From: Massalongia carnosa
Lineage: Eukaryota
Direction: 5' to 3'
Assembly (NCBI GenBank): GCA_965645245.1
Contig: OZ287081.1
Coordinates: 1,054,001-1,118,000 of the forward strand
Length of the DNA stretch: 64,000 bases
The notes beneath the pieces are model-generated. The model saw only the letters and a program-made list of their open reading frames with translations. It was not told the DNA's origin and did no database searches. This document shows positions 62,109 through 64,000 of this stretch, piece by piece. Made by a program: the position numbers and the translations under genes. Every line of letters starts with the position of its first letter. Position 1 is the first letter of the stretch.

Positions 62109-64000
62109 TATGGTGGGCGACATGTGTCATCTATGGTCAGATGACATGGCAGGCCTGTGTGGGTATAAAACGGTTTTTTTGCTGGCGTTTTCTTCATCAT
62201 CTCCAGACATGATCTTCTATCACCTACGCTGTTATCATCATCGTCGTGTCACGTAGTCATCGATACACGTTTATTTCGTGCATCAACTAGTCGTTCAGTC
62301 GTTCAGTCGTCGAGTTGTTTTCATGTCTATGCAGTCGTAGGTCTATTCAGACGTTTGTGTGTGTGTTCACTGCTCAATTCGCTATCTATCATCACGTACC
62401 ACCACCTTCCATTAGCACGCACGACTACCCTTCCACATTGGTGACCATGGTGCGATATATAATTGTACTGGTGCAATTGAGCGGTTGAACTGAGCATCAA
62501 ACGTCGAAAAACCTCCTTATTTTGCACCTCTAATCACTCTGACTACTCCACCTCCGACCGTGCGCGATCGAGTCCTCCCACATCAAATCAAGCATTATGG
62601 CCCCCATCAGCTTTTTCACCTTTTCGACCTCGGCTTCCGCTACCGTTACCGTTTCACCGACTGCATGCGTTCCAGACGTCCATTTTTAGGAATGGCTAGT
62701 TGTTCTATTTACTGCACTGATGGCCATGTCCTCGTGTTTTACCGTCTGCATTTGGGCCAATGCGACCGTGTCCGAGAGTACTAGACCGACCTCACGTTCT
62801 CCACTACCATAAAAACGAGCACGTCAACGACAGCGAAACCATAATCGAGCGAGACGTGGTAGGCCTACCAAAAGAGCATCCGTTTCTGCCTCCGAGTCGT
62901 TCGAGTCATTCGAGTCGTCCACTTCCACGTCCACCACTAGTGTACCAACCTCTAGCACTAGTACACCTCCATCTAAATCTTTATCTTTATTTGCTTCTTC
63001 TTCACCCAGCGCACCTATGAGCAAGCGATAGCGACATCATCTGCCAAGACAGTGCTGGTCCATCTCCGTGTCGAGGGCATGGTCTATCAGTTCATCAGCA
63101 CCGTCAGTATCGTTATCAACTGCCTCGGTTGCATTAACATGGTCATACATGAGCATGGAGGAATTGTTCGCGAAATATGGGGCACAAAAGGCCTATGTGG
63201 CCCATAAAAACTGTCCAGAATCGCTGCCTATTTGTCTAGCAGTCGCCGTGTCACCACCGGTCACTATTTCTGCACCGTCTGCACCGTCTGCACCGTTCAT
63301 GTCTGCACCGTCCACCGCACCACCGTCACCCGTCACCGCTTTTCGTTCTGCCGTGTCTTCGACACCTGTCATCACCGCTATCGAGTCAGCTGACACTGAG
63401 TCAGGAATTGAGTCATCTACACGTGGGCCGGAAGGGCCAAAATCAGCAATTTTACGTTCAGCACCTGGTTCTAGCACTGAGCTAGCGCGGGCCGGGGAAA
63501 GGCCGACCACTGAGTCCGCTGCGTCTACTGTCACTGCGTCTGCTGACACTAAGTCAGTCATTGAGTCATCAAAAAAGGGGCCGGAAAGGCTAAAATCAAC
63601 TTCATTTCATTCAGCCTGTGAGGTTAATGTGGAGCTAGCTATGGCCGGACGTCTTCCGGACGTCAGCTACGTCGAAATTGACGACTATTTAGCACCTTCT
63701 CGTTCAAAATTACCGTCCCGTTCAGCGTCATCTTTTCGTTCAGCACGTTCATCACATTCAGCGTTATCATTCGTTCAAACAGTGACCTTCGTTTCGTCAA
63801 ATGTCGATGAATATCTGTCTACTTTGCCGCTCATTCAGTCATCTATCTCTCGTCGAGCACTAGGGTTTTTTTATTTGCAGGCCTCCACCTGGATAGTTCC
63901 TATGTGTCGACTGTCTAGCCTTCTGCTTTCGGAAGCCCTAAATCAACTAGCAGGTGCTGATAACACGAAAATATTGCTGCACACTGTCGTGGGTCGAGAG
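62109..64000 (+). mobile_element. 5' part of an LTR retrotransposon: LTR 62109-62437, tRNA PBS 62439-62456, degenerate low-complexity internal region
   Basis: LTR matches the solo copy and ends CCACA; PBS TGGTGACCATGGTGCGAT; no recognisable domain before the window ends. Confidence 0.78.

Noticed and set aside
63193..63561. 122-aa minus-strand ORF
   Set aside because: Low-complexity repeat-derived frame, antisense to the LTR/PBS orientation, with no domain motif.

Overview
Eukaryotic DNA, most likely from a filamentous ascomycete (inferred from the TE families, not proven). The window appears to be entirely nested transposons, with no recognisable host gene. It is dominated by Tad1/I-group LINEs (APE-RT-RNase H). 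Three related AT-rich subfamilies are labelled A, B and C here, and a divergent GC-rich family is labelled D; one full-length A copy lies at 44419-51148 with a 14-bp TSD. Also present: a complete chromodomain Ty3/Gypsy element, several solo LTRs, two Tc1/mariner elements, an apparently intact pogo/Fot1 element and a hAT element. The standout feature is a 1.78-kb non-coding segment (9230-11008) fused to the 5' end of a truncated LINE inside a single TSD, apparently an RNA captured by LINE reverse transcriptase. It carries four copies of a covarying T-loop RNA motif, a CAGUCA repeat array and a heavily base-paired domain. A second TSD-bounded chimera joins a LINE 3' end to a pogo transposase fragment. 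The LINE 5'UTR also shows covarying secondary structure between subfamilies. All coordinates were read by eye; boundaries without a TSD or TIR are approximate.
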